A stretch of 64,000 bases of DNA, taken from an uncultured Candidatus Rokubacteria bacterium (lineage in GTDB: Bacteria; Methylomirabilota; Methylomirabilia; Rokubacteriales; CSP1-6). Below, in pieces: positions 11,015 to 21,573 of this stretch; the first letter of the stretch is position 1; each line of letters starts with the position of its first letter. Below the pieces are notes generated by a model. It ran no database searches. It was not told the origin of the DNA and saw only the letters and a program-made list of their open reading frames with translations. The DNA is taken from assembly GCA_963789955.1 (NCBI GenBank), contig CAWBMV010000022.1, positions 480,001 to 544,000 on the forward strand. Direction: 5' to 3'. The position numbers and the translations under genes were made by a program.

Positions 11015-12316
11015 TTACGAAGTCGCAACGCTCAGAAGTTCTGCCGTCTTGTTGACAAGGCCGCTGCGCTCTTCGCTCCATCGGTGCGCGAGATATACCT
11101 CCTGACCACGCTTCACCACGCCCGCGACCTCCGCCGGATGGCAGAAGACATGAGTCATGATCCGGGCCAGATCCTCCGCGTCTCCCAGTTCGAAGAAGAA
11201 CAACGCGTCTTCGGCAAAGTAGTCCTGGACCCCGGGCGCTCGACCTGCAATCACTGGCTTGCCGCGGGACAGGTACTCGAATATGCGAGTCGGTGTATTG
11301 ATTTCCGTGAAAATGCTGCGGCGGTTCGGAATGATACCGACATCGCACTCGTCGATTGCCGTGGCGATCCCTTTCGGGCCTTTGGCGCCAAAGTATCGCA
11401 CCGCGTCCTTCAGGCCGTCCTTTCGGGCCTTTCTCAGCACGAGTTCGAGGAAGGGCGTTGCCTCGCCATAGATTCGGAGTTCCGCGCTCGGCAGTCTGGG
11501 GCGAATGGCCGCCAGCGCGTCCACAGCGAGATCGAGACCATTACGCTCGAGAATCGACCCGTGGTACATCATGACGAAGGGTTGATCCGCCTTGCTGGCC
11601 TCGGGCAAGACCGACCGGAACGCGAAGATGTTCTCATCGGGTGAGTTCATCACCACGTGGATCTTGTCGGCGCGACAACTGCGCGACTCAAATATCTTCT
11701 TGCAGGCGAGATTGACGGTGAACACCGTGTCAGCGAGGGCAATGCTCCATCGCTCGAAATGCTTGAGCAGGCGAACGGCGGAGCTCGAGGCTTCGAGGCG
11801 AAAAATGGTCATCATGAGCTCGGGCATTGGATCATGAAGATCCAGGATGACCTTGGCGCCGAGGAGTTTGGGAATAGCGGCGCTGAAGACTAACAGGTCC
11901 GGCATGTTGTGGACGTGGACGAGGTCGAAGCGTCGGGTCAGCGAACGCATGGCGAGCAAGCAGAACGCGATCAGGAGGAACGCCGAGTACTGAAGAAAAT
12001 ACGCTCTCGGTCCGCCGCGGTGGCGTCTGAGTGGGAGCCGCCGGATGTTGACCCCATTGAAGGTTTCTCGCGCGCGTTCGTCCCTGGATTTCCTGAGGCA
12101 GATGAGCTCGACCTGCATGCCTTCGTTGACAAGGGTTTCGGCCGCCCGACGCGGTCGATTATCGGCCGGGTAATATGCGAAGAGCAGGACGGCGGCTCGT
12201 CGTCCACGCAAAGTGGCGCCGCTGCAGGCTGCCAACTCCGCGCTGGTCGGCTTACCATCGACCGCCGTATCCTTTGTGAACGTGTTCGTGCTCATGCCGA
12301 TGTCGACCGGAGCCAT
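11015..12316 (-). CDS. Glycosyltransferase family 4
   Basis: DLVHVHNMPD, ILDLHD, YHGSILERNGLD and PTRIFEYLSRGKPVI motifs. Confidence 0.9.
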   Translation of the reverse strand: MAPVDIGMSTNTFTKDTAVDGKPTSAELAACSGATLRGRRAAVLLFAYYPADNRPRRAAETLVNEGMQVELICLRKSRDERARETFNGVNIRRLPLRRHRGGPRAYFLQYSAFLLIAFCLLAMRSLTRRFDLVHVHNMPDLLVFSAAIPKLLGAKVILDLHDPMPELMMTIFRLEASSSAVRLLKHFERWSIALADTVFTVNLACKKIFESRSCRADKIHVVMNSPDENIFAFRSVLPEASKADQPFVMMYHGSILERNGLDLAVDALAAIRPRLPSAELRIYGEATPFLELVLRKARKDGLKDAVRYFGAKGPKGIATAIDECDVGIIPNRRSIFTEINTPTRIFEYLSRGKPVIAGRAPGVQDYFAEDALFFFELGDAEDLARIMTHVFCHPAEVAGVVKRGQEVYLAHRWSEERSGLVNKTAELLSVATS

Positions 12317-14170
12317 TGCTCGAACAGAACGAGGCTGAAGAGAATCTTGTGGTTATCCTGCCGTCTCGACTGATGGTCGTCGAGGAGCGTGCGCACCTGC
12401 TCGTGGCCGAAAAATCCCGAACATCAGCGCGGCCGGATCGCGGAGCGTGGAGACGAGCTGCCCGGCCAGCGACGAGTTGAACCAGTCGTCGACGACGTTG
12501 ACCGCGAATCCCCGCTTCTTCCGCCTGAGAATGGCCTCGGGCAGGAATCGGCTGCAGACCTGACGATGCAGCCATTTGCGGCTCGTCTTGCGAACCTTGA
12601 GATCGCTGTGCAGTCGCTGGACGTATTCGACGACCGTGCGATCCAGGTAGGGCACCCGCAGCTCGAGGCTGTGCGCCATCGAGAGCTTGTCGGCGTACAT
12701 CAGCAGCTCGTCGGGAAGCGAGGACCGGATCTCGAGCAGCTGCAGGCCGCCCAGCTCGTCCGTCTGCTGCCATCTGCGGCACGCAGCTCCCGCCAGCAGT
12801 CGAGAACTCGGTCGCCCGGCCGTCTGGCGGCAGGAGGCCGTCGCGGAAGAGCCCGTCGACCGTCTCGGCCGGAGCGAGCGAAAAAACGTGCTGATAGCGG
12901 CTGCAGCCGATCATCGACGGCCAGTGACGCAACACCCCGCTTCAGCGTCTCGTTGCGCGGCAGCCGTCCGACCGCCGAGCCCACCAGGGATCGCACGGGC
13001 GCCGGCAGCTTCCGCCAGTACTCGCCGTACCGGACGCCGAGGTGGCGCTTGTAGCCGCCAAAGAGCTCGTCCGGGCCCTGGCCGATGAGCCCGACCTTCA
13101 CGTCCTGCCGGGCCCGGCGGGAGACGAAGTACATGGGCACGATGGACGAGGCGGCGATCGGCTCTTCCAGGGAAGCGACGATCGACGGCAAGGATCGCTC
13201 GAACTCCGCCCGGTCGAGCCTCACGGTGGCGTGCTGCGCGCCCAGGAGCGCCGCCGTCTCCGCCGCGTCGGCCAGCTCGTCGTCGCGAAGCTCGTCGCCG
13301 TAACCCACCGTGTAGGCTGGCCATGGCCCGCCGTGCTCGTTCATCAGCGCCAGGAGCAGGCCCGAGTCGAGGCCTCCGCTCAGCAGAATGCCGACCGGCA
13401 CATCGCCGATCAGGTGCCGGCGGACCGCCGCGCGATAGAGCTCCAGCAACTCCTCGGCGGCTTCGTCGTCGCGCTTCGGCGTCTCGAAGGGCACCGGCGT
13501 GTAGCGGTACCAGCGCTCCGTCCGGGCTTGTCCGTTCTCCACGATCAGCATCGTGCCCGGCGCCAGCTTCTCGATGCCCTTGAAGATGGTCAGCGGCGAG
13601 GGCGTGTAGCGGTAGCGCAGGAAGAGGTTCAGCGCGACGGGGTCGACCTCCGGCCGCTCGCGGAGCGCCGCGATGACGGCTCGCATCTCCGAGCCGAACC
13701 AGACGGTGCCGCCGCGAATCGCGTAGTAGATCAGCTTGATGCCCATGGCGTCGCGCGCCAGGACGAGGCGTCGCCGGCGCGCGTCCCAGATGGCGAGGCC
13801 GAACATGCCGTTGAGACGATCGAAGACGTCGGTGCCCCACTCCTTGTAGCCGTGAACGATGACCTCGGTGTCGGACTTCGTCCGGAACTCGTGCCCGCGG
13901 CCCTCGAGCTCCGCGCGCAGCTCCTGGAAGTTGTAGATCTCACCGTTGAAGATGACCCAGACGGTCTGCTCGGCGTCGGACATCGGCTGATGGCCGCCGG
14001 CCAGGTCGATGATCGAGAGTCGACGGAAGCCGAGCCCGACCGGGCCGTCGAGGTAGTAGCCCTCGTCGTCGGGACCCCGGTGGACGATGGTCCGTGTCAT
14101 CGCCTCGATGTCGTTCAGGCAGGACGGGAGCGCGGTCGCCGAAGTTGAACTGTCCGCAGATTCCACACAT
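12300..14170 (-). CDS. asnB: Asparagine synthase (glutamine-hydrolysing), multiply frameshifted
   Basis: Starts MCGICG. Contains HRGPDDEG, RRLSIIDL, FNGEIYN, LSGGLDS, GPDELFGGY, DKLSMAHSLELRVPYLD and RKKRGF, spread across ORFs 13940-14170, 12700-14166 and 12353-12700. 3' end approximate. Confidence 0.9.
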
Positions 14171-14178
14171 GGCTCAGC

Positions 14179-15395
14179 TCACTCCCCGGCGCTTCTCAGC
14201 AAGAGCGCCAGGCTCCGGAACATCTGCGACTGCGCCCACCGGTGCATGGGCACGTTGTCCCAGCCGACGAAGAGCTCGCGGGCTCGGAACGAGCCGTCGG
14301 GCTTGCTGCCAGCGAGCGAGCAGATCGTCGACGACGGCCGCCAGGATCGCGTCGAGGCGCGCCGAAGCGCCCGCGCAGCAGGGTGGCCAGATTGACGCAT
14401 TCCGCGTAGTCGTACAGCTCGCGACGGTACACCGTCAGCCGGGGCGCGCGCGAGAACGGCTTCGGCAGGCGGCGCTCGTCGAAGAGATGGCGGACGTAGT
14501 ACGCCACGCCGCGCTCGATCGCCTCGGTGCAGCGCCGGTCGCCGGTCAGCGCCTCGATCTTGGCCAGGGCCTTCAGCACGAAGCACGTGTGGAAGTGATC
14601 GACGAAGTCGCGCTGGCCGTCGATCGAGTAGTACCAGGAGCCGTCCGCGTTCTGGGCTCCCAGGACGAAGCGCAGATTGCGCTCCGCCGTCTCCGCGTAC
14701 TGGGGATCGGCCAGGTCTACGCGCCGCCGTCGTGAAGAGCATCGCGGCACGGTAGGCGCTGGCGTTGATCACTCCGCCCGGATCGGTCGACGACGGCGTA
14801 TAGGTGCAGCGTGGCCACGCCGGGCGCTATCTCGATGTCCCGGTAGTCCAGCAGGGCGTGCTCGGCGGTCGACCGCATGACCGCGCGCCACCGCTCGTCC
14901 TTGTCGAGCGCGTACACCTCTCTGAATGCCTCGTACACGTAGGGCAGCGTCGTGATCAGCGGGGTGGCCGCGCGCGATCGTCCCATTCCGCGTCTCCCAG
15001 TCGAACGGATAACCCCAGGCGTGGCGTTCGCCAGCCGCGGCAGCGCGTGTGCTCCAGCATCTCGAGGAAGTGGACGGCTCGCTCGTAGTGCGCCGGGCGC
15101 TCGGCGATGCGGGCCAGAAAGGCAAACCCCATGGCGTAATGGGCATCGGCGATCGGGAACCGCTGCGCCTTCCAGAACAGGCGGCGCGCCGAGGGAACCA
15201 GCGCCTCGGATGCGATCATCGGCGCCACCGCCAGCGATTCCCAGCAGTGGCCGGCGGTAATACAGCGCCTTCGCGCGGCGGCCGATGGGGCCGGCGAAGT
15301 AGCTCTGATGGTCGTACGACGTCTCGCCGTTCCGGCTCGAGCCAGCCGACGAACCGATCGACGGCCGCGCGGACGTCCGTGAGCGGCAGGCTCAT
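14179..15395 (-). CDS. Conserved EPS-locus protein with probable (alpha/alpha)6-barrel fold, frameshifted
   Basis: Pieces join across frames: MSLPLTDVRAAVDRF..., FPIADAHYAMGF, WGYPFDWETR, PLITTLPYVYEAF, AQNADGSWYY, FVDHFHTCFVL, VPMHRWAQSQMF. Confidence 0.6.
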
Positions 15396-16333
15396 GGCGC
15401 CTGGTATCCGCCCCGCGAGCTCGTCGGGCTCGAGGCGACCTGGAACTTGTCGATGCGCCGCATCGTCAGCAGCGACTTGAAGATCGCCCTCAGCTTCCGC
15501 AGCTCCTCGGCGCGATGGAAGCGCATGAGCTCGGCCGACACGGGGCGCTCGATGCGCCGCACGGCCGCCCAGAGGTATCCCAGCCCGACGGCCAGGCCGT
15601 CTACGAGATACGGCCGCTTGCACATCCGGTACGCGACGCGGAAGAGCTGCCACAGCGGATGGTTGCCGAGGTAGTAGTCCTTTTCGCCGTACGAAAAGCT
15701 CGACGCCAGCTTGCTGCGATCGGCGGTGCCGAGGCTGCGATGGTGGAAGAACCAGCGCTCGCGATACGAGCGCGTCTTCCAGCCCTTCATGCGGGCCGTG
15801 GTGACGGCGATCCAGTCGATGCCGCCCGCCCGATGCGGCACGTAGCCGCCGATCTCCCGGAAGCACTCACGCCGGAATAGCTGGCACTGGCCGGAGACGT
15901 GGTTCTGGCCCTCGAAGCTGTCCGCGTCCGAGCTGTAGCCGCCGTCCTCCTTGAAGATGGTGCCGGCCACGCCCAGCCGTGGATCCTCTGCGAAGCGCTC
16001 GAGGAGGAATTGCAGGTGATCGTTCTCGAACGAGATGTCGGCGTCGAGATTGCCGATGACGTCGTAATCGAGCTGCTTGACACGCTCGTAGCCGGCGTTG
16101 AAGGAGTGCACCTTGGCGGCGAAGCTCCGCTCCTTGCGGACCGGCCGGTCGACCACCTCGATCCACGCGTGCCGCTCGGCGTACCGGCGGGCGATCGCGC
16201 CCGTGTCGTCGGTGGACCCATCGTTGACGATGACCCAGCGCAGCGGCAGCACCGTCTGGCTCACGACGGACTGGAGCGTTTTCTCGATGAACGCTTCCTC
16301 GTTGCGAGCCGGCGTGACGAGAACGTACTTCAT
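15392..16333 (-). CDS. Glycosyltransferase family 2
   Basis: MKYVLVTPARNEE, IVNDGSTD, NLDADI and GGIDW motifs. Start overlaps the stop of the upstream aminotransferase. Confidence 0.9.
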   Translation of the reverse strand: MKYVLVTPARNEEAFIEKTLQSVVSQTVLPLRWVIVNDGSTDDTGAIARRYAERHAWIEVVDRPVRKERSFAAKVHSFNAGYERVKQLDYDVIGNLDADISFENDHLQFLLERFAEDPRLGVAGTIFKEDGGYSSDADSFEGQNHVSGQCQLFRRECFREIGGYVPHRAGGIDWIAVTTARMKGWKTRSYRERWFFHHRSLGTADRSKLASSFSYGEKDYYLGNHPLWQLFRVAYRMCKRPYLVDGLAVGLGYLWAAVRRIERPVSAELMRFHRAEELRKLRAIFKSLLTMRRIDKFQVASSPTSSRGGYQAP

Positions 16334-17433
16334 CCCGCGAAGAAGGCCTTGATGTGATCGGTCACGTAGTGGATGAGCTCCTGCGACATTTCCGGATAGA
16401 TCGGCAGTGACAGGATCCGGGACTGATTTCGATGGGCGACCGGAAATTCCTCCGGCTTGTGGCCCAGGTAGTCGTAGGCCGGATAGAACGGCAGCGCCTT
16501 CGGATAGTGCAGCCCCGTGGAGATGCCGGCGGCGTCCAGATGCTGCTTCAGCGCATCGCGTCGCCCCGTGCGAATGACATATAGATGATAGACGTGGTCG
16601 CGGTCGGTTCCGATCCTGGGCGTCTCGATGTCGCCCACGCCGGCCAGGAGCCGGTCGTACTCGGCCGCCACCCGGCGCCTCGTCTTCCGTCCACTTCGGC
16701 AGATGCGGGAGCTTGGCGTTCAGGATCGCGGCCTGCAGGCCGTCCAGGCGGCTGTTGATCGCCTCCATCACGTGCTGCGCCTTGCCGCCGTGGCGCGCGA
16801 ACGACACCATCCAGTCAGCCAGGCGGTCGTCGTTGGTCGTGATGCCGCCGGCGTCGCCATACGCGCCAAGGTTCTTGCCTGGATAGAAGGAAAACGTCGC
16901 GATCGTGCCGAAGCTGCCGACCGGCCGGCCCTTGTAGCGGGCCAGGTGGGACTGGGCGCAGTCCTCGATCGACCCAGAGGTTGTGCCGCTCCGGCAATCG
17001 CCATGATCGGGTCCATGTCGGCGGGCTGGCCATACAGATGGACCGGAATGATGCCAACCGTCCGGGGGGTGATCCGCGCCTCGAGCTGGGCCGGGTCGAT
17101 CGTGAAGGTCACCGGGTCGACGTCGCAGAACACCACGCGGCCGCCGGCCTGCGTGATCATTGCGGAGGTCGAGATCCAGGTGTGGGCGGTGGTGATGACC
17201 TCGTCGCCCGGCTTCAGGCCCAGGGCGCGGATGGCGATCATCAGCGCGTCGGTGCCGTTGGCGCACGACACGCAGTGGCGTGCCCCCGCGGCCTTCGCCC
17301 ATGCCCGCTCGAACCCCTCGACGTGCGCGCCGCCGATGTAGGCCGAGTCCGCGATCACGCTGCTTATCGCGGCATCGATCTCGTCCTTGATGGTCAGATA
17401 CTGCGCGTGGAGGTCGACGAGTGGAACTTTCAC
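16330..17433 (-). CDS. DegT/DnrJ/EryC1/StrS aminotransferase (WbpE-like), frameshifted
   Basis: ANGTDAL, PVHLYGQPAD, IEDCAQSH, SFYPGKNLGAYGDAG (PLP Lys), NSRLDGLQAA and LSLPIYPEM in successive frames. Confidence 0.9.
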
Positions 17434-17436
17434 GGC

Positions 17437-17916
17437 TCAGCAGCTCCCTTCGGGCGTCAACGGTCGCAGCAGTCGGGCGGGATTGCCCGCATAGATCCCT
17501 GGCTTCGTGATGTCCTTGGTCACGACGGCGCCCGCCCCGATGACCACGTGGTCGCAGACGTTCACGGGCATCAGCGTCGCGTTGGTACCGACGCTGACGT
17601 GGTTGCCGAGCCGGGTGGCCCCCCACAGCTCACGCTTGCCGGCGGGCCCACCGATCGTGAACGGATCGTTGATGAACATCGCCCCGTGCGACACGAAGCA
17701 GTCGTCGCCGATCGTCACCAGCTCGCAGATGAAGGCGTGCGACTGGATGCGGCAGCGCTTGCCGATGACGACGTCGCGCTGGATCTCGACGAACGGGCCG
17801 ATGAAGCTGTCGTCGCCGATGGTGCAGCCATAGAGGTTGACGGGCTGCATGATGCGGACGTTCTCGCCGAAGCGGACGTCCACGATGCCGACCGACAGGA
17901 GCCGGGGCTCGCCCAT
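17437..17916 (-). CDS. Hexapeptide-repeat N-acetyltransferase (WbpD/WxcM-like)
   Basis: CTIGDDSFIGPFVEIQ, GAGAVVTKDI and YAGNPAR motifs. Confidence 0.9.
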   Translation of the reverse strand: MGEPRLLSVGIVDVRFGENVRIMQPVNLYGCTIGDDSFIGPFVEIQRDVVIGKRCRIQSHAFICELVTIGDDCFVSHGAMFINDPFTIGGPAGKRELWGATRLGNHVSVGTNATLMPVNVCDHVVIGAGAVVTKDITKPGIYAGNPARLLRPLTPEGSC

Positions 17917-17920
17917 GATC

Positions 17921-18946
17921 TCAGGCTCCCACCCGCGCGTGGGCCGCGTCGGCGCGCTCGAGGATGGAGACGACCGTGCGGGCGTGGGCGACGCCCGTCG
18001 CCGGCTCCTTGCCGGTACGGATGCACTCGAGGAAGTGCTCGGCCTCCAGGCGGAGAGGCTCGACGAAGTCCACGTGCGGCAGCAGGATGTCGCCGCTGCG
18101 ATAGCTGAAGTCCGGCCGCAGCGGCTGGTCGAAATCCATGTGCTCGCCCAGCACGGCTTTGCGGTCGATGCCCTTGTCGTAGATGGCGATCTTGTCGTCG
18201 GCCACGTCGTCGTACATCACCATCTTGCGCGAGCCGACCACGGTCATCTTGCGGACTTTCTGCGGGTCCAGCCAGCTCACGTGGACGTTGGCGATCACCT
18301 TGCTCGGGTAGGCCAGGTTCAGGAACACGACGTCGTCGATGCCGGGCTGGATGCAGTCCATCCCCTGGCGCAGCACGGACGTCGGCTCCTGGTCATCGAG
18401 CCAGTACTGGATGATGCTGATGTCGTGCGGGGCGAAGTTCCACATCGCGTCGATGTCGGAGCGGATGCGCCCGAGATTCAGCCGCTGGCTGTAGATGTAC
18501 CGCACGTCGCCGAGCTCGCCCGCCTCGATCAATCGCTTCACGTAGCGGACGGCCGGGTTGTAGATGAACGTGTGACCGGCCATGACGACGAGGCCGCGGT
18601 CGGTCGCGCAGCGGCTCAGCGTATCCACCTCGGCCACGGTCGTCGCCAGCGGCTTTTCGACCAACACGTGCTTGCCGGCCTCCAGCGCCCGACGGGCCAG
18701 ATCGAAGTGCGTCGCCGCCGGCGTGGCGATGATGACGGCGGCCACGTCGGGGTCGTCGAAGATGACGTCGGCCGTCTCGACGGCCTTCGTGTTCGAGAAA
18801 TTGCGCGTGACGAAGGCCCGCCGCTCGGCGCTCGCGTCTGCCACGTACTTGACGCGGCAGGCCCGCAAGGCCGAGAAGTTCCGGAGCAGGTTCGGGCCCC
18901 AGTAGCCACAGCCGAGCTGGGCGACCGCGAGGGGATTCGGGGTCAT
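17921..18946 (-). CDS. Gfo/Idh/MocA oxidoreductase (WbpB-like sugar dehydrogenase)
   Basis: GCGYWGPNLLRNF, HVLVEKPL and APHDISI motifs. Confidence 0.9.
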   Translation of the reverse strand: MTPNPLAVAQLGCGYWGPNLLRNFSALRACRVKYVADASAERRAFVTRNFSNTKAVETADVIFDDPDVAAVIIATPAATHFDLARRALEAGKHVLVEKPLATTVAEVDTLSRCATDRGLVVMAGHTFIYNPAVRYVKRLIEAGELGDVRYIYSQRLNLGRIRSDIDAMWNFAPHDISIIQYWLDDQEPTSVLRQGMDCIQPGIDDVVFLNLAYPSKVIANVHVSWLDPQKVRKMTVVGSRKMVMYDDVADDKIAIYDKGIDRKAVLGEHMDFDQPLRPDFSYRSGDILLPHVDFVEPLRLEAEHFLECIRTGKEPATGVAHARTVVSILERADAAHARVGA

Positions 18947-20695
18947 CGTGAAGTCACCGGCACGTGCGGCCGTCGGATCAGCTTCACCGCGGCCGTGGCC
19001 CATGGAGAACGGACGACGTAGTTGTCGCGAAACTCCGACAGATAACGACGCGTGGCGACCTTGGCCCGGTACCGGATCGGTCGAGCCGGCCGCGACACTG
19101 GATCGGGCTGGGAGACTCTTATCCGCACCGTAGTCGGCAGCTCCGCCGGGACCACGTACCGGAAGCTCAGGTCCCCGCCTTCCCGGCACGCCTTGACGTG
19201 CTCGTCGCCGACCTGCACCTCGAACTCACGGTCGAGGAGTGGCTCGGCCTTCGAGCAGCGAACTTCCGCCCCGTGACCCGCGCTCACCGTGCTCGTGGGG
19301 GAGAACAGTTGGACGTCGATGCCGTCGCCGCTGCGGCGAGTGGAGTACGCGCGCGTGACGATGCTCTCGAGGTTCGTCCACCGCAGACGTGGCTCTAGCC
19401 GGTTGAGCGAGCGAATGAGCGCGGCGAAGGGCTCCATGCCGGCCCTGGAAATCGTCGTGATGTGTCACGATCAGGCACGGCTTGCCGAGCAGGAGGTCGA
19501 GCGCGAAATTGGCCAGCGGCTCGCTCATCTTCCGCCGCAGGAATAGCGGAAATCCCGCATACGACATGATGGCCGGGGCCAGCAGCTCGCCGGCGCGGAC
19601 GCCCCGCTGCGTCGAATGGTCCAGCAGCTCGGTGTTGACGGCGGCCATGAATTCGCTCTGCCGGAGGCCTTCCATGGCCCGCTGCGAGAAGCGGCCCTGT
19701 GGGAAGACCATGACCTTGTCGTGCGGGAGCCCCGTGCGGGCGCTGAGGGCCCGCATTCGCTCGAGGCTCGTCGCGACGAGCGGGAGCGAGTCGGCGACGG
19801 ACTGCGTGGCGAACTCGGCTCCCAGGTGATCGCAGCCGTGGATGGACAGCGACAGCCCTGGCCAGTGCGCCCGGAACACCTCGACAGCGTCCGTCGAGGT
19901 GCGGTTGCAGTTCCACGGAATGAACGCAATTGACACGGCGCAGCCGAGGTCGCGGACGCTACGAGCCAGCGTGCGGATGTTCACGAAGCCGTAACGCGGC
20001 CTCAGGGGTAGGTCGTCGATGATCAGGTTCGCGGCCGGTACTGTCGTGCGCCAGAACGGAACGTTGCTGTGTTGCAGGAAGAACAGGAGCGGCACCAACC
20101 CCGAAAAGCACTGCTGGCAGTCGAGATTCCGCGTCCGTTCGTCATCGACGTCGAACACGGCCGTCGACGACACGATGAAGACGTCTGAGCCCGGACGCTG
20201 AATCCACGTGGCGAGTCCGCCGTCGTCCACGGAGACGAGCCGGGCGATCGGGTAAGGCGACTCGCGAACGGTGAGTGCGGTATCGGCGGCTGGGTCCGCG
20301 ACCTCGATGTCGAGGCCCGCGAACGGACTCTGGACGGGGCTGTCGGCCGGGACTGCGTACCGAGGCCGTCCTGCCGTACCCGGCGAAGTCGCTTCGGCGA
20401 TCACCCCGATGCACTGGCGTACCGCGGCCAGGGCGTCGGCCGTGCTCCGGAACGGGTAGAGCAGGACGCGGCGGTGTCGACGGAGAAAGCCCGCCATGAC
20501 ATCCGCCGAATGTTCCCGGACGCCGCGCGTGAGCTCCTCGCTCGAGAGGATCACTGTGTCGCCGAGATCCAGCCGACGCTCCCCAGAAGCGAGCGCCTGG
20601 GCGAGCGACCGCGTTGTGAAGACGACGCCGAGCGTGTCAAGGAGACGCGACAAGGCCGTCGTCCCGTTGCTCTCCAGGAGCTGCAACCCGCCCAT
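18943..20695 (-). CDS. Conserved hypothetical protein with polysaccharide-deacetylase-like central domain, frameshifted near 19440
   Basis: LIIDDLPLRPRYG, SIHGCDH, VFPQGRFS and IVTHHDDF motifs. C-terminus continues in ORF 18943-19437. Confidence 0.55.
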
Positions 20696-20703
20696 CCTGC
20701 TTT

Positions 20704-21570
20704 TCAGGACGGCCTCTGCGCGACGACCAGTGAGCGCATGGCGAACGACGGCACGCACACATCGAGGACCGGTGCCAGCACGCGGAGCAGCCCGACCAGT
20801 GCCGGGCCCGCGGAGTGGGGGAACCAGCAAAAGTTCCGGCGCTCGAGGATCTTGAAGCCGACGCGCGCGAACGGCTCCGTGTACTCTGCGAGGCTCGGCA
20901 GATAGTATTCGCTCTTCGACCGTCCGCTGAACGCGTCGCGCAGCCGGCTGCGAAATAGCGGGAATTGCTGATTCATGTCGATCATGATCGAGTAGCCGCC
21001 TGGACGGAGGAGACTGAGAATGTCGCGAGCACAATCGATCTGCCGGGCAAGCCGGTGACAATACCTGAACGTGTTGACGCCCACGACGACGTCGAAGGAG
21101 TCCGCGATCTCCCGATCACCGACGCCGAGATCCTTCGCGAGATCGCGCAGCAGCGTTTCGTTGGCGGCCACGGCGAAGCCGATCTTTTTCTGGAGCTGTG
21201 GCGTCAAGCGCTGAGCGGCGTCCTGGCGGGCCGCCTCGACCATGCGCGGGGAAAAGTCGGCGCCGATCGCCCGGTCGATCTCGGCCCGTTCCTCCCGGAA
21301 GATGTCGACCAGCTTGACAAGATTCATGCCGCCGCCGCAGCCGTACTCGAGGACACGGAACGCCTGACCGCGTCGACGCTGGGCCACGAGCGCCTTCACC
21401 ACCTTGCGGTAAACAGGCCCGTAGACATGCGTCAGCGCGTGCTCGATCCCGGTACCGGCGGTCTCGCTGAGGTATTTCGCGATCACGTCGTCACGGGAAT
21501 ACTCGTCGAGAAAGACATCGACAAGGACCGGAGTGTCGGGCGCCATCTCTCCCTCTCTGGTGAGCTGCAT
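20704..21570 (-). CDS. Class I SAM-dependent methyltransferase
   Basis: VLEYGCGGG, GADFSPRMV and LLRPGG motifs. Confidence 0.85.
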   Translation of the reverse strand: MQLTREGEMAPDTPVLVDVFLDEYSRDDVIAKYLSETAGTGIEHALTHVYGPVYRKVVKALVAQRRRGQAFRVLEYGCGGGMNLVKLVDIFREERAEIDRAIGADFSPRMVEAARQDAAQRLTPQLQKKIGFAVAANETLLRDLAKDLGVGDREIADSFDVVVGVNTFRYCHRLARQIDCARDILSLLRPGGYSIMIDMNQQFPLFRSRLRDAFSGRSKSEYYLPSLAEYTEPFARVGFKILERRNFCWFPHSAGPALVGLLRVLAPVLDVCVPSFAMRSLVVAQRPS

Positions 21571-21573
21571 CGG

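Noticed and set aside
15392..17626. 744-aa ORF
   Set aside because: Chimera of an off-frame region, part of the DegT gene and the GT2 gene, created by indels.
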